This document shows positions 1-8,716 of a stretch of 64,000 nt of DNA, piece by piece. Positions within the stretch are counted from its first letter, which is position 1; each line of letters opens with the position of its first letter. The notes beneath the pieces are model-generated. The model saw nothing but the letters and a program-made list of their open reading frames with translations, searched no databases and was not told where the DNA came from. Source of the DNA: Candidatus Bathyarchaeota archaeon. GTDB taxonomy: Archaea; Thermoproteota; Bathyarchaeia; Bathyarchaeales; Bathycorpusculaceae. The DNA lies in NCBI GenBank assembly GCA_963707955.1, contig OY970176.1, forward strand, positions 160,001-224,000, written 5' to 3'. A program made the position numbers and the translations under genes.

Positions 1-1593
1 CAGCGTTATTATTTCTCTCGAAGTCCGCCGTTAGGATGGATTTTTAATCTTCCGAACAGAGACGCCGTTGACAGTTGGGTCTACGGACAGAAGACAAGTC
101 TGAACTTAACGGACTTGTGGAAACTGAATCGAGTGTTTCTCCAGACGTTCATCGACCTTCCGAAAGTCTACGAGTACGACACCGCATTGTTATTCATCAG
201 TGAGTCATGGTTGATAGACTTGCTCAACGTAGTTTTCTATGCTGATTGTGAAGGCGCGTTCGGAGGCGGTAAAACCGTCTTAGCAGAAGCACTATCGCAT
301 GTCTGCAAACACGGATATTTAACAGGAAACTTGAGTCCATCGTTTATCGCGCGTGCGACTGAAGAACAGAAAATCACACTGATGGTCGATGAGCTTGACA
401 GTGTAGCTGGAACGAAAGACTCAGACTTGAACAGCATTTTCCGTCAGGGTTACAGACGCGGCACAAAGTACAGTCGAGTGAACCCTGACAGTTTAATGAT
501 TGAGACGTTTGAAATCTTCGGCTGTAAATTCTTCACTGTTCACGACGAGGCAGAACAAGCACTTCAAACTAGAACGGTTCCTCATCACACTAGAGAAACG
601 ATTGATGCGGCTTATCCGATTATAGGCTCTGACAAACTCTCTTTCGCGAGAGATGTCTACACTGAAAACTTTCTCTGGTACATGGATAACATTCTACTCT
701 TACGCGACAGCGCCACAAACATGTTCAGCGGTTCAAACGGTCTATTTGACACACTTGACCAACTTAACCTAAAAATAGGCGACCCTGATATCTCTGAACA
801 TCCCAAGAAAATTCGGGCATGGTTATTTTCTGAACGTAAGAGGGCCTTGAAAAACAATCAAGTCGAACAAGTGTGTCAAGTCAGTGGTCGAAACACGGAA
901 CTGATGTATCTCTGCTTTGCTCTTGCAGACACTATCGGGGTAAACTGCGACGACTCTATTGTTCAAGCGTTCGCGCAGAAACAAATCGAAGAAGGCGAAA
1001 GAACTGAACTCGGCTATCTCGGTATCTTGAAAGATGTGCTCGCGACAAAGTACAGCGAGAAGAAAGCCTTCAACGCGAAACTACGCATGAGTTACACAAC
1101 GTCAGACGGACTGATCAAGATCAGCAATAAAGAACTCTACGACACGCTCAACGAGAAATTGAAACAAGAAGTCGGTCAAGGTGTGTCGCCTGCGACGTTC
1201 AAAGGATACATGACTGAGTTCGGTTTCACTGACGGTCTGAACAGAATTAAACTGGAAGTGCCGATACCGAGCGATAAACCCGACGACGACCCAACGTCGA
1301 GACTGTGCAACATCTTCACAGGTCACGTCTTGCGGAAACTCGGAATAGAAGAGAAGGAACAACATCACGGTAATAATGACGGAAGCTACAAGGCCGAGGG
1401 TTCTGCGGAAGAACCCTGCAAACTCAATGATTTGACGTCGGTCTACTTCACACAAGACCGCGCTAAGAAACTATGCGGTGTCTGCGGATACGAGAAAGAA
1501 ACTTCTTGGGAAACTATCACGGTTAAGTCGCAGACAATCGCGATTTGCGAGGACTGCGCTCAGCAGTTCGCGAAGGAGAGAGATAAAGCATGA
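1..1593 (+). CDS. Putative replication helicase/AAA+ ATPase (DUF3631-like) with C-terminal Zn finger; 5'-partial
   Basis: Frame is open from base 1 (QRYYFSRSPPLGW...). Walker A GAFGGGKT, Walker B LMVDELD, C-terminal CGVC...CEDC. Confidence 0.65.
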   Translation, partial: QRYYFSRSPPLGWIFNLPNRDAVDSWVYGQKTSLNLTDLWKLNRVFLQTFIDLPKVYEYDTALLFISESWLIDLLNVVFYADCEGAFGGGKTVLAEALSHVCKHGYLTGNLSPSFIARATEEQKITLMVDELDSVAGTKDSDLNSIFRQGYRRGTKYSRVNPDSLMIETFEIFGCKFFTVHDEAEQALQTRTVPHHTRETIDAAYPIIGSDKLSFARDVYTENFLWYMDNILLLRDSATNMFSGSNGLFDTLDQLNLKIGDPDISEHPKKIRAWLFSERKRALKNNQVEQVCQVSGRNTELMYLCFALADTIGVNCDDSIVQAFAQKQIEEGERTELGYLGILKDVLATKYSEKKAFNAKLRMSYTTSDGLIKISNKELYDTLNEKLKQEVGQGVSPATFKGYMTEFGFTDGLNRIKLEVPIPSDKPDDDPTSRLCNIFTGHVLRKLGIEEKEQHHGNNDGSYKAEGSAEEPCKLNDLTSVYFTQDRAKKLCGVCGYEKETSWETITVKSQTIAICEDCAQQFAKERDKA

Positions 1594-1997
1594 TTGAGAC
1601 TTCGCCGCTACCGAATGTTGAACCATGCTGTTGGGAAATTGACCGTGCGCATGGAACTCTGTTCTATGTAGACGAAGGCGTCGAATATAGAGTTATCAAG
1701 TCCACGATCATCGCGAACGGAACGCACGACTTATGTGTCGCAGTCAAAGACGACGGTTCTCCAACGATTCGGAAACTCTGCGAAACGCCGAAAAACAAAG
1801 TCATGATGACAAGCAAGTACGATTTTCTCTGGGTTAAATTTGAGAAACCTGTACGAGGCACACAGTGGTGCCTCATCACTGAAATAACCCCTGACGTGAA
1901 AAGGATGCTTGACTTAGTGATGCCGTTCATGAAGACAGAGATGAAAGGTGATTTGTTTGACATGTACGCGCGAGACGTGTACGCGGTGAAAACATGA
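1590..1997 (+). CDS. Hypothetical protein of the element
   Basis: ATGA overlaps with both neighbours. Confidence 0.7.
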   Translation: MIETSPLPNVEPCCWEIDRAHGTLFYVDEGVEYRVIKSTIIANGTHDLCVAVKDDGSPTIRKLCETPKNKVMMTSKYDFLWVKFEKPVRGTQWCLITEITPDVKRMLDLVMPFMKTEMKGDLFDMYARDVYAVKT

Positions 1998-2401
1998 GTA
2001 GAGGTCTCGGAGAACTGCAAAGAAGAATAATTGAACGACTGAAGGTTAGAAAACCTGAGGATGGAATGTTCTATCATTTTGAAACTTCACTAAGCCTTGA
2101 AAGAACTGTTGATAACGGATGGCACAGTCTTGGAAATCTGATAGGAGAAGTTCAAGATGATTCGGCGACACACAACATAGAAGGCAAAGATTATGATTGG
2201 AGTAAACTAACGGTATCGGACAGACAGTCTTTTTGGCGCGCGATTCGCAACTTGGAGAAAAAGCATCTGATTGAATCGCAGTTCTTTGAGAGAATGTCGC
2301 TTCATCGCGTGTGTTCGGACGAACATAGGAGGGGCGGGGTAAGCAGAGTGAAGGCTATACGTTTAGTTCATATCCGTCACACATATGAACTAAACTCTTA
2401 G
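1994..2401 (+). CDS. Hypothetical protein, probable winged-helix DNA-binding
   Basis: ATGA overlap; wHTH-like segment SFWRAIRNLEKKHLIES. Confidence 0.6.
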   Translation: MSRGLGELQRRIIERLKVRKPEDGMFYHFETSLSLERTVDNGWHSLGNLIGEVQDDSATHNIEGKDYDWSKLTVSDRQSFWRAIRNLEKKHLIESQFFERMSLHRVCSDEHRRGGVSRVKAIRLVHIRHTYELNS

Positions 2402-2440
2402 GAGATAAAGAGAAAATGACGCTTAGAGGCAACCGAAAAC

Positions 2441-2737
2441 TTGAAATTGAAACAAAACCTCAATAGTCTACCGTTGACGGTGAACACTACGCCACATCGT
2501 TACCGAATCAGCACGCGAATAATGACAAAATTGTGTCACCGACTCGGACACTCTTTAACATGTTTCAGTTGCGCGCAACCGATTTTAGTCGGCGACGACG
2601 TTGTGACAAAGCGCGCTGGAAGAATACAAAGCGCACGCGTTTATCATCAAACTTGTTTTGACAAATTGTTCATAGACATTCCCGACTCAGAAGTCGAGGC
2701 GGAAGTTGAGGCGATGGAACTTGAGATCACAGCGTAG
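2441..2737 (+). CDS. Small Zn-finger protein (start uncertain)
   Basis: CFSC...YHQTC treble-clef-like pattern, acidic tail. Confidence 0.6.
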   Translation: MKLKQNLNSLPLTVNTTPHRYRISTRIMTKLCHRLGHSLTCFSCAQPILVGDDVVTKRAGRIQSARVYHQTCFDKLFIDIPDSEVEAEVEAMELEITA

Positions 2738-2815
2738 ACTTGACTACTCTGAAAAGGTGTTCGGATTTCTCGGAAGAGAGACACCGAATTATCGGCGGAA
2801 GCGGAGGCGTTACTC

Positions 2816-3187
2816 TTGAAGAAACCGATCAGAGTCACAAGTCTAGAACTCGGAATCAACGACCGACTTTTGAACGTTCCGAATCTTGAACTCATCAACA
2901 AACTTGCGCGCGACAACGATACACTATTAGAGACAGATGCCGCGTTTTGGTTGTTCAAAGATAATCTTGCTTTTCGGTGCTTGAAAGAATCGGCGAAACC
3001 TCTGACGTTCCACTGTACTGATCTTCAGATTAATCCTGATTCATGCAGAGTTCGCGCGACGATCAGTGTTGAGGAAATGTTTGCTCACAGTCTCAAAAAT
3101 GAGATTCCATTGCTTGAAACTGCTTCGGAATATTACATCTGCGGTGACGTGACTCTTGTCGCGAAGAAACCGAAAGGAGGCGAGTGA
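2816..3187 (+). CDS. Hypothetical protein (may start at ATT 2765)
   Basis: Co-oriented ORF; frame open upstream to an AGGTG SD-like site at 2755. Confidence 0.6.
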   Translation: MKKPIRVTSLELGINDRLLNVPNLELINKLARDNDTLLETDAAFWLFKDNLAFRCLKESAKPLTFHCTDLQINPDSCRVRATISVEEMFAHSLKNEIPLLETASEYYICGDVTLVAKKPKGGE

Positions 3188-3189
3188 TC

Positions 3190-3270
3190 ATGGGCAGAAA
3201 CAGAGGCCTAAGAAGTTCGGGAAGACATAGTTCAAACATGTCAAAACGGAAGAACCGAGTCAGCAAGTAA
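3190..3270 (+). CDS. 26-aa highly basic peptide MGRNRGLRSSGRHSSNMSKRKNRVSK
   Basis: GGAGG at 3176-3180 upstream; fills the gap between two genes; below the ORF-track length cutoff. Confidence 0.55.
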   Translation: MGRNRGLRSSGRHSSNMSKRKNRVSK

Positions 3271-3283
3271 GAGGTGAGAAAAC

Positions 3284-3712
3284 ATGGCTGAAGAATCTGA
3301 TAAAATCGGCTGGACTACACCGACTTATACGTCTATTATCTGTTTTCAACTGAGGCAAGTTCTCGAAACGCGCGCAGACGGCGATCCGATTCAAAGTTTC
3401 GTCGTCATGCGAGACCTGATTCTACTTTTACCGCCTGAGATCAGTTTGAAACTTGTTGAGAATGACATCACACACATCAACCAAAGACTCGGCACGATCG
3501 ACGATGCCGCCGCAGATATAATTCTCAAAAAAGCGTTCAACTCAACACAAACAAGAAAAATCTTAGCGGAAGAAAATCTCGCATTGTTTCAGAAAGTTAT
3601 GCTTGAACTGCATAAGAGTGGACTGTTGATCGAACACATCTCGCCGCGTTACAAAGCGCCGAAAGAATCCGTCGGTCAACATCAAGAGAACACCGCGCCG
3701 AAACAAGAGTGA
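3284..3712 (+). CDS. Hypothetical helical protein
   Basis: GAGGTGA SD at 3271; GTGA overlap with the ATPase. Confidence 0.75.
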   Translation: MAEESDKIGWTTPTYTSIICFQLRQVLETRADGDPIQSFVVMRDLILLLPPEISLKLVENDITHINQRLGTIDDAAADIILKKAFNSTQTRKILAEENLALFQKVMLELHKSGLLIEHISPRYKAPKESVGQHQENTAPKQE

Positions 3713-4686
3713 CCCTCATGGTTCTTGAACAACAGAAGTATGATCCCACAAAACGATTCGTTATTCCAGAAGACTGCATCTTGTTCAAAGACGTGTTCGA
3801 CACGGTTCTCGAAGACAAGTGGGCGTTCATGGTGATCTGGGGGCCTCAGAGAACAGGAAAGAGTACGTGTGCGTTGTGGATTCCGTACTTCTTTTGGCGA
3901 ATGAAAGAACCTGACTTGAGTGAGAACGAGATTTGGGAACGCGTGTACGACGCGATCGTGTTCAACCTTGAGCAACTCATCTATAAGATTCAGGACAAGA
4001 CTATGCAGAGAGTTTGGGACTGGAAGGCGAGACATCGGCGAATACCGATCATCGTTTGGGATGACTTTGGAGTCTCTTCAAACAAAGCTGTCACTCAGCA
4101 TCTTGAAGCATGGGATCATTTTAAAGGTTCTTTCGACGCGCTAGGCACAGAGTTCGGCGTTATCGTCGCGACTATGGCGAGTCCTGAAGAACCCACTCTT
4201 CAGCTTGAGAACAAAATTACAGCGGAGATCATGGTTGAAAATCGCGGAACATACAAATATGATAAAGTTGTTTGGCAACAAGACTTCAAAGGTTGGAGTC
4301 CGAGACATTCAAAGAATTGGATGCAGACACATAGTTTCGCTGAGATTCCTATTGAACGGTTCAAGCCGTATGACGATCTCAGATTGTCTCTCGCGGCCGA
4401 GGCGATTGAGCGTATTCAAAATTCAATGACTCAGCAAACCCCGAACATTCTGAAACGACTCAACGCTGACGATATTGTGACTCTTCAGGAACTTGTTGAT
4501 CGTGGAGAGATGACTGAGTGGAAACGTCGAGACTGGTTCAAGGGGGAACGGAAAAACATTGAAGTGAAACTGAAGGCTCATCAGCTTGTCACGATTGTTC
4601 CACGCGGAACGGTGCATCATCTTGACATAACCGCGTACGGACTTGACGTTCTCAACGAATGGAAACGAAAGCAAGAAACCACGTAA
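3709..4686 (+). CDS. P-loop ATPase (possible genome packaging/extrusion ATPase) with C-terminal wHTH-like domain
   Basis: Walker A GPQRTGKST, Walker B IIVWDD; C-terminal KLKAHQLV...ITAYGLDVL. Confidence 0.7.
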   Translation: MTLMVLEQQKYDPTKRFVIPEDCILFKDVFDTVLEDKWAFMVIWGPQRTGKSTCALWIPYFFWRMKEPDLSENEIWERVYDAIVFNLEQLIYKIQDKTMQRVWDWKARHRRIPIIVWDDFGVSSNKAVTQHLEAWDHFKGSFDALGTEFGVIVATMASPEEPTLQLENKITAEIMVENRGTYKYDKVVWQQDFKGWSPRHSKNWMQTHSFAEIPIERFKPYDDLRLSLAAEAIERIQNSMTQQTPNILKRLNADDIVTLQELVDRGEMTEWKRRDWFKGERKNIEVKLKAHQLVTIVPRGTVHHLDITAYGLDVLNEWKRKQETT

Positions 4687-4693
4687 TCAAGAC

Positions 4694-4963
4694 TCAAGTT
4701 TCCGTTTTCTCTTCAGCTCTCAGTCGAAACTCTTTCGTCTTGAAATCATAGACGTATTGTGAATCATCAGGAACGTCTAGGATCAGTCTTAGATAAGTGT
4801 CATGAATCCACTCTTTCTGACATTTCAGACAAGCATATCGATACTCATGATAGACTGGCGCGACGTTTGGTTCACGAATGTCTTTCGGATAGAACGGCTT
4901 TCCGACTTCTATACAGACAGAATCACAGTCAGGACACTTGAAAGGCTTCTTCATTCGCGTCAT
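4694..4963 (-). CDS. Zn-ribbon protein
   Basis: CPDC...CLKC; directly downstream of the integrase. Confidence 0.65.
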   Translation of the reverse strand: MTRMKKPFKCPDCDSVCIEVGKPFYPKDIREPNVAPVYHEYRYACLKCQKEWIHDTYLRLILDVPDDSQYVYDFKTKEFRLRAEEKTET

Positions 4964-4970
4964 TCTTAGC

Positions 4971-5618
4971 TCACCGTTTTCTCAACAGCTTCGGAAAGTA
5001 GTCCAGATAATCCGCGCTCAGGTCTTGATACCGTTGCATCACACTTGTTATTCGCGGATCAGCCGTCCTCATAGTCCAGCCGCAGTACGCGGCGAGTTCA
5101 TCCGCATGAAAGTGATAGAACCGTCGAAGTTCCGTCGCGCGCAGATGTCGGAGACTGTGAAGAGTGAACGGTCTGACATGTCTTTCAACCTTAGCATGAC
5201 CAGTTATCTTGTACGGTTCAATCGGACACTTGAAACCTTCAAACGTCGGTTGAGCATCCTTCCATACTTTCTGACGCGTGAACGGAAACACAAACTCGGT
5301 CTTAACGTCTTTGAAATAGTTGTACAGCGGCAACGCCCATGGTTCACACTCAGTCGGCAACGCGATGATTCGTTCTAGCCCTTTCCGTTTAGCTGTGCGA
5401 ACTTTGAAAAGTACCGCGTCATGTCCCTCTATCTGATCGAGACTCGCATCCGTTCCGCGTGGGCCTCGCGCAACGGTCATGTCGCTCGGGCTTACTTTAC
5501 CGACAACTTCACTGATTCTTCCCGCGTATAGAAACGCGGTTCTCAAAACCATGCTTGTCGGTACGTCATTTATTCCGTCTATTCTCTTGCGAACTTCACG
5601 GACAGTTGGGAGACTCAT
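4971..5618 (-). CDS. Tyrosine recombinase/integrase (catalytic domain only)
   Basis: AGRISE (R), TAKRK (K), HSLRH (HxxR), CGW, MQRY (catalytic Y). Confidence 0.9.
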   Translation of the reverse strand: MSLPTVREVRKRIDGINDVPTSMVLRTAFLYAGRISEVVGKVSPSDMTVARGPRGTDASLDQIEGHDAVLFKVRTAKRKGLERIIALPTECEPWALPLYNYFKDVKTEFVFPFTRQKVWKDAQPTFEGFKCPIEPYKITGHAKVERHVRPFTLHSLRHLRATELRRFYHFHADELAAYCGWTMRTADPRITSVMQRYQDLSADYLDYFPKLLRKR

Positions 5619-5644
5619 ATCCGCAGAGTAGTACGGTTCTCACA

Positions 5645-5676
5645 TTTAAAGTTTACAGTTTATTACAAACTGTAAA
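5645..5676 (-). promoter_or_regulatory. Integrase TATA box with an adjacent perfect 10-bp inverted repeat
   Basis: TTTAAA at 5645-5650, about 27 nt upstream of the ATG; TTTACAGTTT-ATTAC-AAACTGTAAA at 5652-5676. Confidence 0.6.
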
Positions 5677-5786
5677 AGACCGTGTTCAAGAACAAATCGA
5701 ACGGAGATTCTAACTCTATTAGGATCATCTATGAATCTATTTTATGAGTAGTGCTTGAATCGGACAGTTTCAAAAGAACTTGAGAC

Positions 5787-6068
5787 TCAGAGACATTCGA
5801 TTTTGCCGTGAACGAACTCGACGACGCGTTCAAGTTCTTCTAGGGCTGACGGCGTTTGCTCTTTCCAGTAGTGTCTCGCGGCGGCCTTCAATACGACATC
5901 TTGATAGAGCATGATTTCGCGGAAGTTTGTCATCACCATGAGTTCTCTAGTCTCAGGATCGTCGGCGAGTAGAACATCAGTCAACTGGTCACAATCTTGA
6001 GGCGAACATGTCTCCGCGCGTTTTCTGTCAGAATAGAAGCATTGATAACACGGTAGTTCTGTTTTCAT
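5787..6068 (-). CDS. Hypothetical Cys-cluster protein
   Basis: CYQC...CSPQDC; own TTTAAA box near 6106. Confidence 0.6.
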   Translation of the reverse strand: MKTELPCYQCFYSDRKRAETCSPQDCDQLTDVLLADDPETRELMVMTNFREIMLYQDVVLKAAARHYWKEQTPSALEELERVVEFVHGKIECL

Positions 6069-6307
6069 GCAGAACGCCCTTGCGTACTGTTTTGTGAGTT
6101 CTGGATTTAAAGTTTCGCGATTGATTCAAAGCGCAAAGTTTAAGAATCTTCCAAAGCAGTTTCCGTTTACACGTCAAGAATGGAAACTGCTCAAAGCGTA
6201 CGGTGACAAGTCCAAACGGCGACCTATACTAGACAATAGTTTGTCTAATTAGGTAGTCTATGCTTATAGCTTGTCATAAACGGTTAAGTTGCAGAAACAA
6301 CGTCAAC

Positions 6308-6385
6308 GGGCGGGTAGATCAGCCTGGTACGATCGCCACGTTGGCATCGTGGAGGCCCCGGGTTCAAATCCCGGCCCGTCCACCA
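6308..6385 (+). tRNA. tRNA-Ala(GGC), CCA encoded, no intron
   Basis: Acceptor GGGCGGG/CCCGTCC with G3:U70; anticodon arm CCACG-TTGGCAT-CGTGG; T arm GGTTCAAATCC. Confidence 0.97.
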
Positions 6386-6493
6386 GAAACTTGCCGTTGT
6401 CTCTTATGAGTCCCATCTGTCATGGAATAAGGTTCCGAAGAGTCAGAAATTGACGACAAAGTTAAGAGTATAACACAATTTAATTTTTAACGT

Positions 6494-6563
6494 GGAGGAT
6501 GGTAGAAAGCCAGTTTTTTGATTTTCTCCTTTCCCCGCTCAAAAAGCTGTTCTACCATTCTCC
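6494..6563 (+). other. Long intergenic hairpin (candidate ncRNA or terminator)
   Basis: GGAGGATGGTAGAA(AGC)CAGTTTTTTGA pairs with TCAAAAAGCTGTTCTACCATTCTCC; both non-Watson-Crick pairs are G:U on the + strand. Confidence 0.45.
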
Positions 6564-6589
6564 TCAGTGAACCCAAAACAACAAGGGTT

Positions 6590-8203
6590 TTAGCATTCTC
6601 GTCCTAGCGCCCAACTGAACTTCTTTCTCAAGGTCTTCGGGTAAAACTTCTCCAAAGGAAAGTCTACCTGTTCAGCCCATTTCACGTAAGTCATGGGATC
6701 AATGTAGGATCTAAGAGAAGTTCCAAGGTTGTACTCTTTTGTTTCCTCCGAAAGTTTCACATCAAGTTTGCTCTTTTCCAATCTTCTAACAAGAGTGTCT
6801 GTCTTCTTGCCTTGTTCTGTTTTCTCTTTTAGGTTCATTTCGAGTTCTTTGACTCTGTCACGCTTCTTGGCGAGTCTCTCCTCGAAATTTGGAGGGATCT
6901 TCCGCTTGTGGTTGGCTATTTTGGCCGCTTCCAGATTGGCCTTCTTTGCACAATATTGCTTCGCATATTCTGGATCGTCTTTCTTTGTTTTGCAGTTTTG
7001 CAGGTTTTCACAGACAGTGGTTGTACATCTCCAAGTTCTAAACACCTTGGCTGTTAAGCCCTCCATTTTTTCGGAGAGGAATCTGGACACTTTTCTTGAG
7101 TTTATTCCTTCGAAAAGATACTCTTTGCATTCTTTTGAGAATCTCTCGATGTTCTTGATGACGACAGGCGGAGCTTCAACTTTCTTGGTCCATCTGACGC
7201 AGTCTTTGCCCAAAAAATCGAAGTTCAAAGTGTTTCCTTCAATCTTGACGTGTTCCGGCCTTAGGGTTATTGCTCCGACAGTGTCTGCTTCTCCAGGATC
7301 TTTCTCGTCGCCTACCCTCATGTTCACTTCAAGAATCAGCCAACTCACAGTGGCCAGTTTTCGCCTATCCAAATCCTCAGATTCCAAGTTTTTCATTATG
7401 TGAGTTTTAATCTTTGGAATCTCTTTGCTCAGCTTCTCAGCCTTTCTGAACTTCTCTTCCTCAGCCTTCTGTTTTAAGAAGGCGGAATCGGAAAACCAGA
7501 CGTATTTCACCTTTCCAGTAAGTTTGTCCTCCCACTTGGCAAGGTACATCTTTTCGGGTTCCCAGACTCTGCCCTTCCAGTTCCCTGAAGGCATGGGGCT
7601 GTCATGATGCAGGTTGAGAATTATGTCCTCTTGCCTTGGCCCCTCTTTCCACTTCCCCCGTTTCGGATGTTCTCCCCTGCCTGCGAATATGCATGATGGC
7701 TCTGCAGTCCAGTTCGCTATCTCAAGCCTGTTTCCATCGACCAGAGCGTAACCATACTTTTCTCTCAAAACTTCTCTTGCGGCTTTCCTCTGGGCTGCAA
7801 GTCTCTTCTTTTCCTCTTTAGGCATATTGAGCCTTTTTTGTTGTTCCTGTAGCAGATAAGCCGCCACTTCGGAGAAGTCGACCCCGGCGTTTCCGTCGTT
7901 CAGCCATTCGTTATAATCTCTGTCCAGGCAGCTCAAATGCTTGGTTTCGAAGCTTTCAAGAAACTGCAGCGAGGCGTTTTCTGACCTCAAAGTTGTCAAG
8001 AAATTCTGAATGAAATTCCTGTAGAAAACCTTGTCGGGAGGAGAAGTTGGTGACTGCCTCTTTCTTATCCAGAAGACTGCCATTTGCTCTGTCTTCAGAC
8101 CCAACTTTACAGGTTGTCCCTGAATCTTGACGGAAAACCCTTTGTATTCATACTGGGGAACATAGATTCCGTTATGAGCCAGACTTTTCATGCAGTATTT
8201 CAT
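6590..8203 (-). CDS. top1: DNA topoisomerase IB (eukaryote-like)
   Basis: GRGEHPKRG, MRVGDEK, FLGKD, TAKVFRTW, NHKR, GTSLRSYIDP (catalytic Tyr). Confidence 0.95.
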   Translation of the reverse strand: MKYCMKSLAHNGIYVPQYEYKGFSVKIQGQPVKLGLKTEQMAVFWIRKRQSPTSPPDKVFYRNFIQNFLTTLRSENASLQFLESFETKHLSCLDRDYNEWLNDGNAGVDFSEVAAYLLQEQQKRLNMPKEEKKRLAAQRKAAREVLREKYGYALVDGNRLEIANWTAEPSCIFAGRGEHPKRGKWKEGPRQEDIILNLHHDSPMPSGNWKGRVWEPEKMYLAKWEDKLTGKVKYVWFSDSAFLKQKAEEEKFRKAEKLSKEIPKIKTHIMKNLESEDLDRRKLATVSWLILEVNMRVGDEKDPGEADTVGAITLRPEHVKIEGNTLNFDFLGKDCVRWTKKVEAPPVVIKNIERFSKECKEYLFEGINSRKVSRFLSEKMEGLTAKVFRTWRCTTTVCENLQNCKTKKDDPEYAKQYCAKKANLEAAKIANHKRKIPPNFEERLAKKRDRVKELEMNLKEKTEQGKKTDTLVRRLEKSKLDVKLSEETKEYNLGTSLRSYIDPMTYVKWAEQVDFPLEKFYPKTLRKKFSWALGREC

Positions 8204-8254
8204 TTCTTGTCTCTCATGATGCTGCGTGAACCGTGATACTGAGGTTCTTTTCTC

Positions 8255-8683
8255 TCATTCTTCGTGCGCCTTAAAAAGTTGTCCTCTGGAACGTCTCTCT
8301 TTCTGAAAAGTTCTGTGCAGATGTTCCACGATTTGGTTGTCGATGTACCCTTTGTGGGGTCGGAATCCGCCTGCAAACGCTTTTGGGATGTGCAGGAGCT
8401 CATGGATTATGGTTTTCTCCTTATCTTCCTCGGTCATTTTGTCGTATTTTTCAGAGATCACTTCGATCACGTATGAGGCTGGAAGGTTGAGAGTTTCCTG
8501 CCAGACTTTGCCAAGGCCGTGAATCCGAGCGATCGTGCGTCTAGATGCGGACCCTCTGCTTCTGACGCAGAACACGTACTGTGGAACAACGTGGAACAAC
8601 CCGAGACTTTCTGCAATCTCATCGGTCAGTTTCTTCACGTCTGGAGCTTCGGAATACACTATCGGTATGGTTGTCACCGCCAT
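8255..8683 (-). CDS. Putative Zn metallopeptidase
   Basis: IIHELLHIP HExxH motif. Confidence 0.8.
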   Translation of the reverse strand: MAVTTIPIVYSEAPDVKKLTDEIAESLGLFHVVPQYVFCVRSRGSASRRTIARIHGLGKVWQETLNLPASYVIEVISEKYDKMTEEDKEKTIIHELLHIPKAFAGGFRPHKGYIDNQIVEHLHRTFQKERRSRGQLFKAHEE

Positions 8684-8716
8684 CTTTGTCTGTTGGTCTG
8701 ACCTTCTGTTCCTGTC

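Larger units (their letters stand above)
1..6300. mobile_element. End of an integrated virus/plasmid-like element; other end lies outside the window
   Basis: Tightly packed orphan ORFs, replication-type ATPase, second P-loop ATPase, tyrosine recombinase, adjacent tRNA-Ala; visibly CpG-rich compared with the host genes. Exact boundary not determined. Confidence 0.8.

Noticed and set aside
1-6300. Restriction-site avoidance in the element
   Set aside because: Composition looks distinct, but GGCC and GATC occur and I cannot count k-mers reliably by eye.
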